Part shown: positions 30,047 to 41,080 of the stretch, piece by piece
Layout: each line of letters starts with the position of its first letter
Position numbering within the stretch: position 1 is the stretch's first letter
From: an uncultured Muribaculaceae bacterium
Lineage (GTDB): Bacteria > Bacillota_I > Bacilli_A > RF39 > UBA660
Direction of reading: 5' to 3'
Assembly (NCBI GenBank): GCA_964513435.1
Contig: CAZEMQ010000001.1
Span: forward strand, 5,883-69,882
Length of the DNA stretch: 64,000 bases
Notes under the pieces: model-generated
Seen by the model: only the letters and a program-made list of their open reading frames with translations
Told to the model about the DNA's origin: nothing
The model's database searches: none
Position numbers and translations under genes: made by a program

Positions 30047-30226
30047 ATATGTGGATAGTAAGAGATAGAAAAGGTATTTTATATCTATATGAAAATAAAC
30101 CAACAAAGATAAATGAACTGTGGATTTCCTATGGTGGTTCTAGAATGAAACTTTTCTTGGGTTATCCTTGTTTTTCTGATGTTAAGTATGAAGATGAAGA
30201 ACCAAAAGAAGTAATATTGAAAGTCG

Positions 30227-30814
30227 TTGAGAATCATGAAAGTAATATTTCTTGATTTCGATGGAGTCATCTCAACACAACGGATGAGATATCACCTGGA
30301 TGAAGAGAAAATGCTTCTCGTAAAAGAGATATGCGATAAGACGGGTGCTAAGATTGTAATTACTTCAAGCTGGAGAAGACACACACTTGAAGATACTATA
30401 AGGCATATCACTTCAAAAGAGGAAGAAAAAGGACGCATTCCATTTCTTATGCCTGAACTTATAGTAGGTATAACAGAACGGATATATGCTTTTCCATATA
30501 CTAACAAAGAAAAGCATTATAGAGTTCCACGAGGAGTTGAGATAGACATCTATCTAAAGAACAACAGGGATATAGAAAATTATGTCATCTTGGACGATGA
30601 TAATGATATGCTTGTTGAACAACTTCCTCATTTTATCCAAACTCATCCTATTAAAGGAATATTGAAAGAGGATGTGGAAAAAGCTATACGCTTATTAACA
30701 CAAAAAATAGAAGTTGATAAAATAAAGTTTTCGGGTGAATTTCCAAAAACTGAATGGTATAAAGAATTTTACGAAAATAAAAGTTTAGGTGAAATTATAG
30801 AAATAAAGGATTAA
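30227..30814 (+). CDS. HAD-superfamily hydrolase (nucleotidase-like)
   Basis: FLDFDGVI motif I; KIVITSSW. Confidence 0.45.
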   Translation: MRIMKVIFLDFDGVISTQRMRYHLDEEKMLLVKEICDKTGAKIVITSSWRRHTLEDTIRHITSKEEEKGRIPFLMPELIVGITERIYAFPYTNKEKHYRVPRGVEIDIYLKNNRDIENYVILDDDNDMLVEQLPHFIQTHPIKGILKEDVEKAIRLLTQKIEVDKIKFSGEFPKTEWYKEFYENKSLGEIIEIKD

Positions 30815-30850
30815 AGTTCTGTTAAGAGATTTTTAACTGATTGATTTATA

Positions 30851-31441
30851 ATGGAAAGAAAGATAGGAGAGATGTTTACCATGAATTGTAAAATTTATAT
30901 TGTGAAAGAAGGACATGGTTGCTTGGATTGTGCTTTCTACACCAACCCTTTGTCGTGTCGCGAATTTTACAAAGAAATAGGAAATTGTTCTTGTATAAAA
31001 AGAAAAGATGGAAGAAGTCTGAATTTTGAAGAAGTATTAAAAATAAAAGATATTGTTATGAAACCATTTAATTTAGAAAAAGCGAAAGCAGGTAAACCTG
31101 TATGTACAAGGAAAGGGTATCCTGTAAGGATTATTTGTTTTGACAGGGTTAATGATGAAAGTCCTATAGTCGCACTTATAACAACGGATGACGGTACAGA
31201 AACTATTGTTTGTTATAATAAGAATGGGATGGCTTATGGTACACTTGATAAAAAACATTCGCTTAATTTGATGATGAAACCTGAAAAGAAACAAGGGTGG
31301 ATAAATGTGTATCGGATTAAAAAAGTAGGTAGTGAACTTGCCTCTTTTACATATATTTATCCTACAAAGGAAGAGGCATTAGAATGTGCAGCTGAAAACA
31401 ATAGATATATAGGCACATTTCCGTTTGAATGGGAGGAGTAA
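30851..31441 (+). CDS. hypothetical Cys-rich protein
   Basis: ORF from the track. Confidence 0.3.
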   Translation: MERKIGEMFTMNCKIYIVKEGHGCLDCAFYTNPLSCREFYKEIGNCSCIKRKDGRSLNFEEVLKIKDIVMKPFNLEKAKAGKPVCTRKGYPVRIICFDRVNDESPIVALITTDDGTETIVCYNKNGMAYGTLDKKHSLNLMMKPEKKQGWINVYRIKKVGSELASFTYIYPTKEEALECAAENNRYIGTFPFEWEE

Positions 31442-31483
31442 ATTATAACAAACGAACAAATAGAAGAAGCAGCAATTAATTGT

Positions 31484-31726
31484 ATGAATAATCCTATATA
31501 TAATTCTGCCTTTATATTTTTTAAAGAAGGTGTAAAATGGGGATTGACGCATCAATGGATAAATATCAAAGACGAACTCCCAACTGAGGGTAAATATGTT
31601 TTAATTACAGATAAATTTTATAGAATTCACATAGGATATAGGGTAGAAAATACATGGGAAGATAGATATGGTAACGATATCGACGCTACTCATTGGATGC
31701 CTATACCAAAACTTATGGAAAGTTAA
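31484..31726 (+). CDS. hypothetical protein
   Basis: ORF from the track. Confidence 0.3.
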   Translation: MNNPIYNSAFIFFKEGVKWGLTHQWINIKDELPTEGKYVLITDKFYRIHIGYRVENTWEDRYGNDIDATHWMPIPKLMES

Positions 31727-32021
31727 GAATATGAGTAATATATGCAATAATACATTTTTTGCTTGTTCGGAAGACAGACAAAATATTGATACGATAATTA
31801 ACTTCTTCCATGATTGGCACTTTGCCGATATAGAAGATTCTGGAGATAGTGTAGATGTTTATTTTGAATCTAAATGGTATTTTCCAGAAGAAGAAATGGA
31901 AAAACTATATGAAGCTATCCCTAATAAAGAAGATATTTATATGCGATGTTTAAGTGTAGAATATGGTGTAATGTATCATTCTCTATGGGAATGTGGTACG
32001 GATGGATGGAAAGAAGTTTAA
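31668..32021 (+). CDS. hypothetical protein
   Basis: ORF from the track. Confidence 0.3.
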   Translation: MVTISTLLIGCLYQNLWKVKNMSNICNNTFFACSEDRQNIDTIINFFHDWHFADIEDSGDSVDVYFESKWYFPEEEMEKLYEAIPNKEDIYMRCLSVEYGVMYHSLWECGTDGWKEV

Positions 32022-32256
32022 AATGAATAATATTGTTATATGTCCAGATGGATTTATTTGGTTTATTATAGGAAAAGATTTAGCCAAAGCTGTATATGAT
32101 GTTAGTGATATAATATTATTTAAAATATATCCTGATGGAAGTGATGCGATGGTAGAAAACTATGAAGATTTTATAAAACATGATGGAGATTTTGGTATAG
32201 AAATCGGTTATATACAAGATCTACAAAATAAATTACAAAATATTTTATCAAAATGA
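31993..32256 (+). CDS. hypothetical protein
   Basis: ORF from the track. Confidence 0.3.
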   Translation: MVRMDGKKFKMNNIVICPDGFIWFIIGKDLAKAVYDVSDIILFKIYPDGSDAMVENYEDFIKHDGDFGIEIGYIQDLQNKLQNILSK

Positions 32257-33389
32257 CATTAGAAGAAAAATATAATGGATGGAAAGAAATATTTAATAAA
32301 TATTTCATTTACCTGGGAGAATCTAGTGAACGTGCATCTTATATACCATTAGAAAGTGTAAATTTTGATAACAAAACTGGCACAGTTGGAGACGGCACTA
32401 TTAATCTATCTGTTTATCTTCAGTATGCTTATACAAGTTTGCTATTAGATGAAGATGATGGAACAAATTTAGCAAATGGTCTATTGACATTACAAAGGCT
32501 TATAGATAGTTGTTATGATTATTTTGTTGAAAAAGAGCCTAATGTTTATTTTGTAAAAGAACCTGGATTCTTTTTAAGAGATGACATTAAGTCATCAGAT
32601 GCTAATTTGTTTAATCTTGATTCTATAGTTGGAAGTTATAGTAGATGTATTGAGGGTATAGAAGAAGATCCCTGTCATTCAGCTTTTACATCACAAGATC
32701 AGAATTGGTGGTTATTGCCAATTTTGAGTTTTTTAAAGGAAGAGTATCCTATTGCTAATGATATTGGATATAATATATTTAAATTTGTAGTGGACAATAA
32801 ACATACAATATATAATCCGTATTATAGTGCCATATATCACAATTGGACTTATGTTCCAGATTTGAATAGTAATTATTGGGAACGTATAGATGACAGAAAT
32901 AATAATTTGAAATACAAAGTAAAAGTAAAAAGAGGAGCAAACAATTGGTATTTTTCATATGGGTTTAAAAAGGCTTTTAACACATTTGGAGGAGATTCCA
33001 AAACATTTTGGAGTAGTTTGTGGTATAAACCTTTTATTTTCTTAGCAGATCACATTTGGGAACCTATATTAAATTTATTCAATGGTACTATTAAAAATAC
33101 ATCATATTACTCAATGGCTATAGGTGCAAATGCTTGGTATGACTTTTCTAATCATGACAAAAGAATAGTCAAAAGGTTTAATAAAGCATTAAAAAACGGA
33201 GAAGTTTTCATGCCACAATTAGTATTTTTAACAGATCGTGTAGAAGATATTGATTGTGATTTGTTGAAAGATTGGTTATGTAATTATTCTGAACCGACTG
33301 AAAATGGTACTATAGAAAGTCCTTTGACGTTTATGCTACTTTATAATTGGTATAAATATTATACAACAGGTTTTAGTATGATAAAGTAA
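32253..33389 (+). CDS. hypothetical protein (378 aa)
   Basis: ORF from the track. Confidence 0.35.
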   Translation: MTLEEKYNGWKEIFNKYFIYLGESSERASYIPLESVNFDNKTGTVGDGTINLSVYLQYAYTSLLLDEDDGTNLANGLLTLQRLIDSCYDYFVEKEPNVYFVKEPGFFLRDDIKSSDANLFNLDSIVGSYSRCIEGIEEDPCHSAFTSQDQNWWLLPILSFLKEEYPIANDIGYNIFKFVVDNKHTIYNPYYSAIYHNWTYVPDLNSNYWERIDDRNNNLKYKVKVKRGANNWYFSYGFKKAFNTFGGDSKTFWSSLWYKPFIFLADHIWEPILNLFNGTIKNTSYYSMAIGANAWYDFSNHDKRIVKRFNKALKNGEVFMPQLVFLTDRVEDIDCDLLKDWLCNYSEPTENGTIESPLTFMLLYNWYKYYTTGFSMIK

Positions 33390-33391
33390 AT

Positions 33392-33679
33392 ATGGCTGAA
33401 TTAAAAGAACTTTACTTAAAGGTAATAAATCAACAATCTACTACAATAGAAGATTTGACAGAACTTATAGGACAGATTAGTGAAAAAATGAATTTAAATG
33501 TAGATATAAGTAAAACTGTACAAGCTATATTGGGAGGATTACCTATATTAGATTGTATAATAGAAATAATAGAGAAAAATCCAACTAAAATGGGATTTCA
33601 AGTAATAAAAATCTACGATAAAGCTAGCCAGTATACTATGGGTAGAAAATTATTAAAAATAATATGTCATGATATATAA
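33392..33679 (+). CDS. hypothetical protein
   Basis: ORF from the track. Confidence 0.3.
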   Translation: MAELKELYLKVINQQSTTIEDLTELIGQISEKMNLNVDISKTVQAILGGLPILDCIIEIIEKNPTKMGFQVIKIYDKASQYTMGRKLLKIICHDI

Positions 33680-33777
33680 ATTAAACATACCTACATTTAT
33701 AGGTTTTATAACAGCAATTCCGAAATGGAAATATTACTACACTAGTACAAGAAATATAAAATTTAATGATTATTTGA

Positions 33778-34557
33778 ATGATACGAGTGATTACAATAAG
33801 TGATCTTCACGGTAATCTACCAAAAATAGATGATTCTGCAGATATAATGATAATTGCTGGAGACATTAGTCCGTTAAATATTCAAGGTTTTGATAACTTA
33901 ATGAAAGAATGGATATATGATGAATTTATTTCTTGGATAAATGATCTAAATGTAGAAAAAGTATTTTTAGTAGCTGGAAATCACGATTTTTTCTTTAGAA
34001 AGATTAAAAAGAAAGAGTTAGATAAATTACAGAGTATAACTAATTCTAAATTAATTTATCTAGAAAATACAACTATCGAATATATAGATAAAAATAAAGA
34101 AGTGTGGACTATATTTGGAACACCATATTGTCATAAATTCGGTAATTGGCCTTTTATGATAAGTGATGAATTACTGGCAGAAAAATTTAAAGAAATTCCA
34201 AATAAAATTGATATTATAATATCTCACGATCCTCCTTATGGAGTAGGTTTACACGATTGTAGTCTACAAAATCCTTATTCTAGTGCAGTAGGGCCACTAC
34301 ATCTTGGAAATAAACCATTACGTAATAGGATTAGTGAAATTGATTTTGGAATTTTAATAGCTGGACATATTCATTCTGGAGATAAAAATATTACAGAATT
34401 TGGAAAAGGTAGAGTTGTTAATGTAAGTATATTAGATGAACATTATAATTTAAACTACCCAGCATTAATAATGGAAATAGAGAAACATGATGGTCATATC
34501 TCTTGTATTAACAGTAGTTCTTACGATATTAAAGGTATATTTAAAAGTACCAATTAA
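33778..34557 (+). CDS. calcineurin-like metallophosphoesterase
   Basis: DLHG, GDIS, GNHD and GHIH motifs. Confidence 0.55.
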   Translation: MIRVITISDLHGNLPKIDDSADIMIIAGDISPLNIQGFDNLMKEWIYDEFISWINDLNVEKVFLVAGNHDFFFRKIKKKELDKLQSITNSKLIYLENTTIEYIDKNKEVWTIFGTPYCHKFGNWPFMISDELLAEKFKEIPNKIDIIISHDPPYGVGLHDCSLQNPYSSAVGPLHLGNKPLRNRISEIDFGILIAGHIHSGDKNITEFGKGRVVNVSILDEHYNLNYPALIMEIEKHDGHISCINSSSYDIKGIFKSTN

Positions 34558-34907
34558 TTGGATTTTAGTATTTAGTCCATTGTTAATAACAATACTTATA
34601 TATTTTGCAATAATATTAATTTTATTTATAGGATTTTTATTTATATTTTAAAAATGAACAAAGAACAAATACTCAATACTATAAAAAAGTTAGGTAGAAG
34701 TCAAGGATTTTATTCTAGATTATATAATGCTCTTATAAATGGAGAAGGTGATGACTTTTTAAATGAATTAGAAAAACAAAATTTTAAAGATTCTGTCGAT
34801 TTAGTTTTATATCTTGAATCATAAAAATTTTAACTTATAAAATTATATAAGTAGATAAGAAGTAATTTTTTAGTAACTTACTGATTTTCAACAAATTACG
34901 TGATTTT

Positions 34908-34948
34908 TTAGTCTGTGTACACAGATACGTAGTCTGTCCAGACAGACT
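34908..34948. promoter_or_regulatory. tandem palindromic operator (TCTGTGTACACAGA and AGTCTGTCCAGACAGACT)
   Basis: Perfect 14-bp palindrome and adjacent hairpin sharing AGTCTGT, ~90 bp upstream of winged-helix paralog A. Confidence 0.45.
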
Positions 34949-35033
34949 TTGAGTTTTTCCAAAAAGATTCGTAGTACTTATTTTTTAGACTACCAAAAAA
35001 TTTAGTATCTTTGTAATATAAAATTTAAGTATT

Positions 35034-35474
35034 ATGATAACAAGGGAAAATATCGTTTTAGGAGAAGGTGGTGAAATCATATCAGCAGACATAACCACTA
35101 TAAAGAAAGTTTCTTCAGAGGAATTTTGTCAAGTCTATTTAGAAGATAACGCAGATTTTTATAAACTAACTAAGGCTGAGTCAAACGTTTTAGCTGTCTG
35201 TTGGTATGTATCAACTTATTATGAAGATAATAAACAATTACCAGGAAATAAAGTGTATTGTGATAAATCTTTTGTAGATTTGTGTATAAGAAAAACAGGA
35301 TTGAAACAAAGTACAATAAAAAACGCTTTAACTAGTTTAGTTAAAAAGGAAATGCTTTGGAAGGATAAAGAATATAAATCAATATATTATTTAAATCCAA
35401 AACTATTTTTCAAAGGTAAGTTGTCTGATAGAACAAAAGTTATTAAACATTATGTTGAATATCGAATTGCATAG
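35034..35474 (+). CDS. winged-helix DNA-binding protein, paralog A (paralog B at 59256..59735 on the minus strand)
   Basis: ~45% identity to paralog B (EEFCQVYL..., YYLNPK.FFKGKL.DRTK); ends TAG-AAA-TAA. Confidence 0.5.
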   Translation: MITRENIVLGEGGEIISADITTIKKVSSEEFCQVYLEDNADFYKLTKAESNVLAVCWYVSTYYEDNKQLPGNKVYCDKSFVDLCIRKTGLKQSTIKNALTSLVKKEMLWKDKEYKSIYYLNPKLFFKGKLSDRTKVIKHYVEYRIA

Positions 35475-35550
35475 AAATAAAAGTTAAACTAGAAGAATTA
35501 AAAAAGAAACTTGAAACTAAAAATACTTATATAATATGAAAAAGAATTAG

Positions 35551-36096
35551 ATGCTTGATACATCGGTAAGAATAACTTACAAATCCGGAGAAGTAAAAGA
35601 ATTTCCAACATTAGAAGAAGCTAGTAAAATAACAGGATTGTCTACATCAGCTATCAAAATCAGATGCAATAAATCCAGACAAGGAGGTTCAAATAAGAAA
35701 GATGGAATTACTTGTATGTGGATAGATGATCATACATTTAGGCATTATCAAGCCAAAAAAAGCAAAAATAAAGGAAATTCGTGGGAAACTGAAATAGTTG
35801 AAAATTTAAACTCAATAGGATATAAAGTTTGCCGTAGTGCTGGAGAATCAAAAAGACTTGATAACAATAAAGTTGATATTTCAAGTTTAGAAGGTGATTT
35901 AGAAATAGCAATTCAAGCCAAATATACTCAAAATTTACCAAATTATTTTAAATTAAGAGAAAGTTGCACTGATCCTAGACCTTTTTGTCTTTTATGGAAA
36001 AAAGTAGGAGATATTGGAAGTATAAGCGAAGGAAGTGTAGCAATTGTTCCAATTAATTTTTTCTATGAATTATTAAAAACATATCACAATAAATGA
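35551..36096 (+). CDS. putative free-standing homing-endonuclease-like protein (NUMOD/IENR-type DNA-binding N-terminus + PD-(D/E)xK-like C-terminus)
   Basis: N-terminus VRITYKSGEVKEFPTLEEASKITGLSTSAIKIRCNKSRQGG resembles HEG DNA-binding modules; VDI...EGDLEIAIQAK is a D..ExK motif. Confidence 0.35.
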   Translation: MLDTSVRITYKSGEVKEFPTLEEASKITGLSTSAIKIRCNKSRQGGSNKKDGITCMWIDDHTFRHYQAKKSKNKGNSWETEIVENLNSIGYKVCRSAGESKRLDNNKVDISSLEGDLEIAIQAKYTQNLPNYFKLRESCTDPRPFCLLWKKVGDIGSISEGSVAIVPINFFYELLKTYHNK

Positions 36097-36289
36097 ATGA
36101 ATATATAATTCCGATTTATAATAAGAATTCGGAGAAAGTCTTTATTAAAAAATATTTAGCAAGATCCCTTAGTAATTGTAAAGACAAAGTAATGGAGGAT
36201 TTTCAATGTTATGATTTAGATTGGGATGATTTTGTTGATGAAATGAGTAATGAATATGTGTTTGGAAAAATACAAGATATAGAAGAATT

Positions 36290-36832
36290 ATGAAATTAAA
36301 AATAAGTCTAGATATTGATGATACAATATGTGATTGGCGAGGGGAATATTTAAATAAATTTGGTAATCCAAAAACAGATACGGAAATTACCAAAAATGTA
36401 CGTAATAAACTCATGAGTGATAAAACGTTTTGGTTAAATTTACCAGTAATAAGACGACCTGATTTTACACCGAGACAATATACTACATCAAGATCAATTC
36501 GTAAAACTTGGACTAAAGAATATTTAAAGAATAATAATTTTCCAACTGCTCCTGTATATCAAGTACTAAGTTATAATCTAAGTAAAATGTCAAAAATAAG
36601 AATGGGAGGATGTGATGTACATGTTGACGATTCTATTAATGTATTCATTGATTTAAACTTAAATGGAGTTCCTTGTCTTTTAATAGATTCTAAGAATAAC
36701 CAAAATTGGGGTCCAATCGGAAGAATCTTTAGTCTTAATAAAGACGAAATAGAGGATTGTTATTTTTTATTCAAAAATACAATGTTTAAATATTTTAAAG
36801 ATATTGTTGATGAATTTAGAAGAATTGAATAA
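36290..36832 (+). CDS. 5'(3')-deoxyribonucleotidase-like HAD hydrolase
   Basis: ISLDIDDTICDW motif I. Confidence 0.45.
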   Translation: MKLKISLDIDDTICDWRGEYLNKFGNPKTDTEITKNVRNKLMSDKTFWLNLPVIRRPDFTPRQYTTSRSIRKTWTKEYLKNNNFPTAPVYQVLSYNLSKMSKIRMGGCDVHVDDSINVFIDLNLNGVPCLLIDSKNNQNWGPIGRIFSLNKDEIEDCYFLFKNTMFKYFKDIVDEFRRIE

Positions 36833-37838
36833 AATAAAGATAGTTCCTTTACTTGATACTTTAAGATTGGAAAAAATAGATGATGAGGTTTATTTTAGTC
36901 CAATGTATAAAAACTATATAAGTAATTCAAGATTATCATTAATAGATCCGAAGAAAGATGGTTCACCTGAAAAATTTTTTAACGGATTTCAATCTACATA
37001 TAATGCTAGCTTTCAATTAGGTGACGCTATACATAAATTAGTATTACAACCTGAAAGATATAAATTAGCAGAAGGTATATATAAGCCAACAGCCAAATTA
37101 GGATTGTTAGCGGATAGAATATATAATATATGTAAAGGAGAACTACCCACAGTAGATATAATAAACAGAGAAGCAAAAGTAGTTGATTATTATAAAGGAA
37201 ATTTAAATGAAGAACAAATAAAAAATGTTCTCAATAAAAGTTCTGTTTATTGGCAACAAAGAAGGCTTTTTGAGAGTACTTATGATGAGAGTAAGGAATT
37301 GATATATTTAGACGAAAAAATGTCTCAGACTGTACTAAATTGTGTTATACAAGTGAATTATAATAAGTATTTTCAAGAGTTATTACAACCAACGGGATTA
37401 ATAAAAAATCCAATTTCTGAAAATGAACAAGCATTTTTGTTAGACATTAAAATAGAAATGCCTAATAAAGATGATTTTACACTTAGATTTAAAGCTAAAA
37501 TTGATAATTTTACTGTAGATCTTGAATCAAATTCAGCTGTAGTAAATGATTTAAAAAGTATTGGACGAATTTTATCAGAATTTGATAATAATGTAATAAA
37601 GTACAATTACACAAGGGAGATAGCGATATATTCTTGGTTATTGAATCTATATTGTCAAAAAGAGTATAATATATCTCCAAATATGTTTGGAAATTTCTTG
37701 GTAGTATCAACTATACCTAATTACTATACTAAGATAAGAAAAATGACTAAGACAGATTTTAAAAATGGATGGAATGAGTTTAAATACCTACTTAGGTTAG
37801 TAAGTTACTATTATAGTAAAGGATATGAATTTGTTTGA
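36804..37838 (+). CDS. hypothetical protein (344 aa)
   Basis: ORF from the track. Confidence 0.3.
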   Translation: MLMNLEELNKIKIVPLLDTLRLEKIDDEVYFSPMYKNYISNSRLSLIDPKKDGSPEKFFNGFQSTYNASFQLGDAIHKLVLQPERYKLAEGIYKPTAKLGLLADRIYNICKGELPTVDIINREAKVVDYYKGNLNEEQIKNVLNKSSVYWQQRRLFESTYDESKELIYLDEKMSQTVLNCVIQVNYNKYFQELLQPTGLIKNPISENEQAFLLDIKIEMPNKDDFTLRFKAKIDNFTVDLESNSAVVNDLKSIGRILSEFDNNVIKYNYTREIAIYSWLLNLYCQKEYNISPNMFGNFLVVSTIPNYYTKIRKMTKTDFKNGWNEFKYLLRLVSYYYSKGYEFV

Positions 37839-38172
37839 TGAAGAAAATTTGTCATACGAAAAACTTAAATACATATATGAGAAATATTTTAGTTTAGGAA
37901 ACTTAAATGTGGACGGTAACAATAAACTGGCTTTAATTTCTTTAATATGTTATTTGACAGAAAAGTTAAAATCAAAAAGTCCGAATGTCACCCATTATAA
38001 AGTGATTTATAAAATAGCATCTAAAAAACTTCCAGATGATATAATAGAACGTTTAGCAATTATATGTGAAGATTTTTCATATAATACTAAACAATTTCCA
38101 AATTTTGGAGTTGAGGATAAAAAAATACCAGAGAAAATAGAAGAAATTCTATTAACTTGGACACCGTTTTAA
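37825..38172 (+). CDS. hypothetical protein
   Basis: ORF from the track. Confidence 0.3.
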   Translation: MNLFDEENLSYEKLKYIYEKYFSLGNLNVDGNNKLALISLICYLTEKLKSKSPNVTHYKVIYKIASKKLPDDIIERLAIICEDFSYNTKQFPNFGVEDKKIPEKIEEILLTWTPF

Positions 38173-38334
38173 AATAGACAAATCGTTAACATTTTTTAAT
38201 GAAATAACAAATACTAACGATTTGGTGTATTTTGTAAAGTCGATATATTTGCAGTACAAAATAGAAGAGATTAATGATAGATTAAAAGATGATAATATGA
38301 ATTAATGTTTTAATAAATAAAAATACTGATAAAT

Positions 38335-38886
38335 ATGACACAAATTTTGAATTTTAAGAAAATGGAAGTAGTTGGAGCAAGTAAAGAAGAAGCATTAGCG
38401 AAAGCTCCGTTTGACATTATGGGTGACGCAACACAGGCATATAAAAATTGGTTGAAGAAACAAACCAATGGTGTAACAGATTATGATAAGAAACAGTTTA
38501 TGATTGACTATCTTGGTAAGAAATCTAAAAATGTAGCCGGTGTTGGATTTTCAATTACTGTTGATCCAGCAGTAGCCGATACAAGGGAACGTCCTTATCA
38601 AATCAGTGATCACAAAAATACACAAGGTGCTCGTGAATGGAAAACCATCTATCAAATTAAAGATGATGTTACAGGTGCTGTGATAGCAGAAACTGATGAA
38701 ACTAAAGCTAAAGCAAAAGAAATTGCTAAGAAGCTATATGTAGAACAAGGATATAAAGGAAATGCAACTTGCTACTATACTAAGCAAGTAGTTAAAGGTG
38801 AACCTGTTGCATTTAAAATTGATTATACACCATCTAAAAGTTCTCGCGCAGGTACGTACATTGTGTTTGGCATAACGCGAGACTAA
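38335..38886 (+). CDS. hypothetical abundant protein (GC-richer, strong terminator)
   Basis: ORF with atypical composition; terminator immediately downstream. Confidence 0.4.
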   Translation: MTQILNFKKMEVVGASKEEALAKAPFDIMGDATQAYKNWLKKQTNGVTDYDKKQFMIDYLGKKSKNVAGVGFSITVDPAVADTRERPYQISDHKNTQGAREWKTIYQIKDDVTGAVIAETDETKAKAKEIAKKLYVEQGYKGNATCYYTKQVVKGEPVAFKIDYTPSKSSRAGTYIVFGITRD

Positions 38887-38909
38887 TAAAAATATTATAT
38901 AAATTTTCT

Positions 38910-38946
38910 ATAGCTATCTGTTTTAATAAACAGATAGCTATTTTTG
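38910..38946 (+). terminator. rho-independent terminator
   Basis: ATAGCTATCTGTT-TTAATAA-ACAGATAGCTAT plus TTTTT. Confidence 0.65.
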
Positions 38947-38976
38947 TTTTAAAGGTGTAACAACTTAATTTTAAAA

Positions 38977-40479
38977 TTGTATAGGACAATAAAAAGTATG
39001 AAACATAAAACCGTAAATAAATATATTAAAATTTTAAAAGAAATAAAGAGTAGTGGTAAGAATATTACAGGGTATTGTAAGGGTAATAAACAATTATACA
39101 ATGCAATAACAACTGCGATTTATAATGCCAAAAAGAATACAACTGTAGAGAATGTAAAAGAATTAATAGACTTATATGACAGTGTAAGGAAACACAAAGC
39201 ATATGAAGTTGATTATATTAGAGATAATGATGGTAAAATAAAAGAATATCGAGTAACTGTAAATGTACAAGATAGTATTCCTTTTACCACAATATTATCG
39301 AGAAGTGATGCGGAAACAATATTTGGACTTTATACCTATTATGGTAGTAATATAACTGCACGTAATGTAACTAATGAATTTCCAAAATATACACTAGCTG
39401 AAATTAAGAAGATATTTAGAGCCTTTCGCTTATATAAAGATTCTATTTGGGCACCACCTCATCTTATAGAAGAATATACTGTAGAAGAATTAGCTAATTA
39501 TAGAATGCAGTTGAAAGAAAGAGCTGCATTTAAATATGCTGATTATAGACAAGAGAGAGACTTTAAGAATGTGATTAATAAGTTAGCTGACAAAATTAAT
39601 AAATTAGAAGATACTAGAAGTTTTGTTAAAAACTTAATTGATAATAAAATAGATTTTGAAAAATCTGAAATAATTACAAATCATAGTGAATTTCATACTA
39701 CTGGAATTATTTGTTTAAGTGATTTGCATATCGGAGCATTTAATCAACCAGAAGGATATTTAGATTTACCAGCATACACCGAAAATGAAATTAATAGAAG
39801 ATTAGATTATATAGTAAATGTAATCAATCTAAAAAATTGGGATAAAATAATTATTTTAAATCTTGGTGATAATATAGATTCTTATAGAAAGATGACCACT
39901 TCAATGACACATGAATTACCATGTGTATATACTGATAGAGAAATTGGAAATATGTATCTTAGAATTATGATGCGATTTTTCAATAGCATTAAAAATAGAA
40001 ATGTAGAATATATTTCTATAGGAAGTGGAAATCATTCTGGATCAGTAGGATATTTATTAGATGTAGCTTTAGCTTATCAACTCAAATCCGAATTTAAAAT
40101 CAATGGATATGTATCTGATAAAGAAATAAATTCATTCGATGTAAACGGTATTTCGTTTATTTATTTACACGGACGTAGTGAAGCAATTAAAGGACAAAAG
40201 AAACCATTTCCCTTAAATTTAGATATGAAAACACAATGTTGGTTTAATGATTTCTTTTCTGAAACAGATCTTCAATTAAATAAACGAAAAGTTATACTTA
40301 AAGGAGATTTACATCAATATTCCATAAATAGCGTAGCATCATTTGATTATATCAATTGTCCAAGCATTTATGGAAGTAGTACATACATCGTCAGTAATTA
40401 TGGAAATACACCTTGGGGGTGTGTATATATCGAAATAGATCAACAAGGAAATTATACAACTGGTTTAATTAGAGAATAA
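38977..40479 (+). CDS. metallophosphoesterase-family protein (Mre11/SbcD-like nuclease?)
   Basis: LSDLHIG, GDNID and GSGNHSG motifs within a 500-aa protein. Confidence 0.4.
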   Translation: MYRTIKSMKHKTVNKYIKILKEIKSSGKNITGYCKGNKQLYNAITTAIYNAKKNTTVENVKELIDLYDSVRKHKAYEVDYIRDNDGKIKEYRVTVNVQDSIPFTTILSRSDAETIFGLYTYYGSNITARNVTNEFPKYTLAEIKKIFRAFRLYKDSIWAPPHLIEEYTVEELANYRMQLKERAAFKYADYRQERDFKNVINKLADKINKLEDTRSFVKNLIDNKIDFEKSEIITNHSEFHTTGIICLSDLHIGAFNQPEGYLDLPAYTENEINRRLDYIVNVINLKNWDKIIILNLGDNIDSYRKMTTSMTHELPCVYTDREIGNMYLRIMMRFFNSIKNRNVEYISIGSGNHSGSVGYLLDVALAYQLKSEFKINGYVSDKEINSFDVNGISFIYLHGRSEAIKGQKKPFPLNLDMKTQCWFNDFFSETDLQLNKRKVILKGDLHQYSINSVASFDYINCPSIYGSSTYIVSNYGNTPWGCVYIEIDQQGNYTTGLIRE

Positions 40480-40496
40480 ATTAAAACATTTACATT

Positions 40497-40691
40497 ATGA
40501 AAACTAAAAAGTCAACAAAAAATTTAAAGAATTCTAAGAATTTTTATTCATTTGAAAATTATAAGCCAAATAAAAACTCAGTTCCCGTAACTTATAAAGG
40601 AACTAAGTATTTATCTAAAGCTCAATGTATGGCATTAGAAGGAATTACTCGTAAAGAATTAGATGCTTATTTAAAAGAAGAAACCGTCTAA
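40497..40691 (+). CDS. hypothetical basic protein
   Basis: ORF from the track. Confidence 0.3.
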   Translation: MKTKKSTKNLKNSKNFYSFENYKPNKNSVPVTYKGTKYLSKAQCMALEGITRKELDAYLKEETV

Positions 40692-40702
40692 TCCTGTTAA
40701 TA

Positions 40703-41080
40703 ATGAATTCTGAAGTTTACGCTGTAATAGAATACGGAGGGGAATATGAAGATAAATGGGAACATATTGTTGGAATATGTTCTACTTTTGAAGTAGCTAA
40801 TGAACTAAAAAATAAAGTTGAAGAAATTCACAATCCTGTTTCAACAATTAGTATGGAAGAATGGGAAGATATGATGGATCGTTTGTGCGAAGCTGAAGAG
40901 GATGGATTTCAATATGAGGACTTAGCTAGTGGATTAAAAGCGTTATTTCCAGAATATTCTGAAGAAGAACTTAGAAATGCTGTAAATAAATACGATTATT
41001 ATCGAAGTTGGTGTGGAGTTAAAATACAAGAAGTAGATTTTTATCATGAATTACCTAATACGATTGATACATGGAGCTAA
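40703..41080 (+). CDS. hypothetical acidic protein
   Basis: ORF from the track. Confidence 0.3.
   Translation: MNSEVYAVIEYGGEYEDKWEHIVGICSTFEVANELKNKVEEIHNPVSTISMEEWEDMMDRLCEAEEDGFQYEDLASGLKALFPEYSEEELRNAVNKYDYYRSWCGVKIQEVDFYHELPNTIDTWS

Noticed and set aside
36804-37838. Assigning a nuclease or Cas4-like function to the 344-aa ORF
   Set aside because: No PD-(D/E)xK or Cys cluster could be identified convincingly by eye. It is left as hypothetical.
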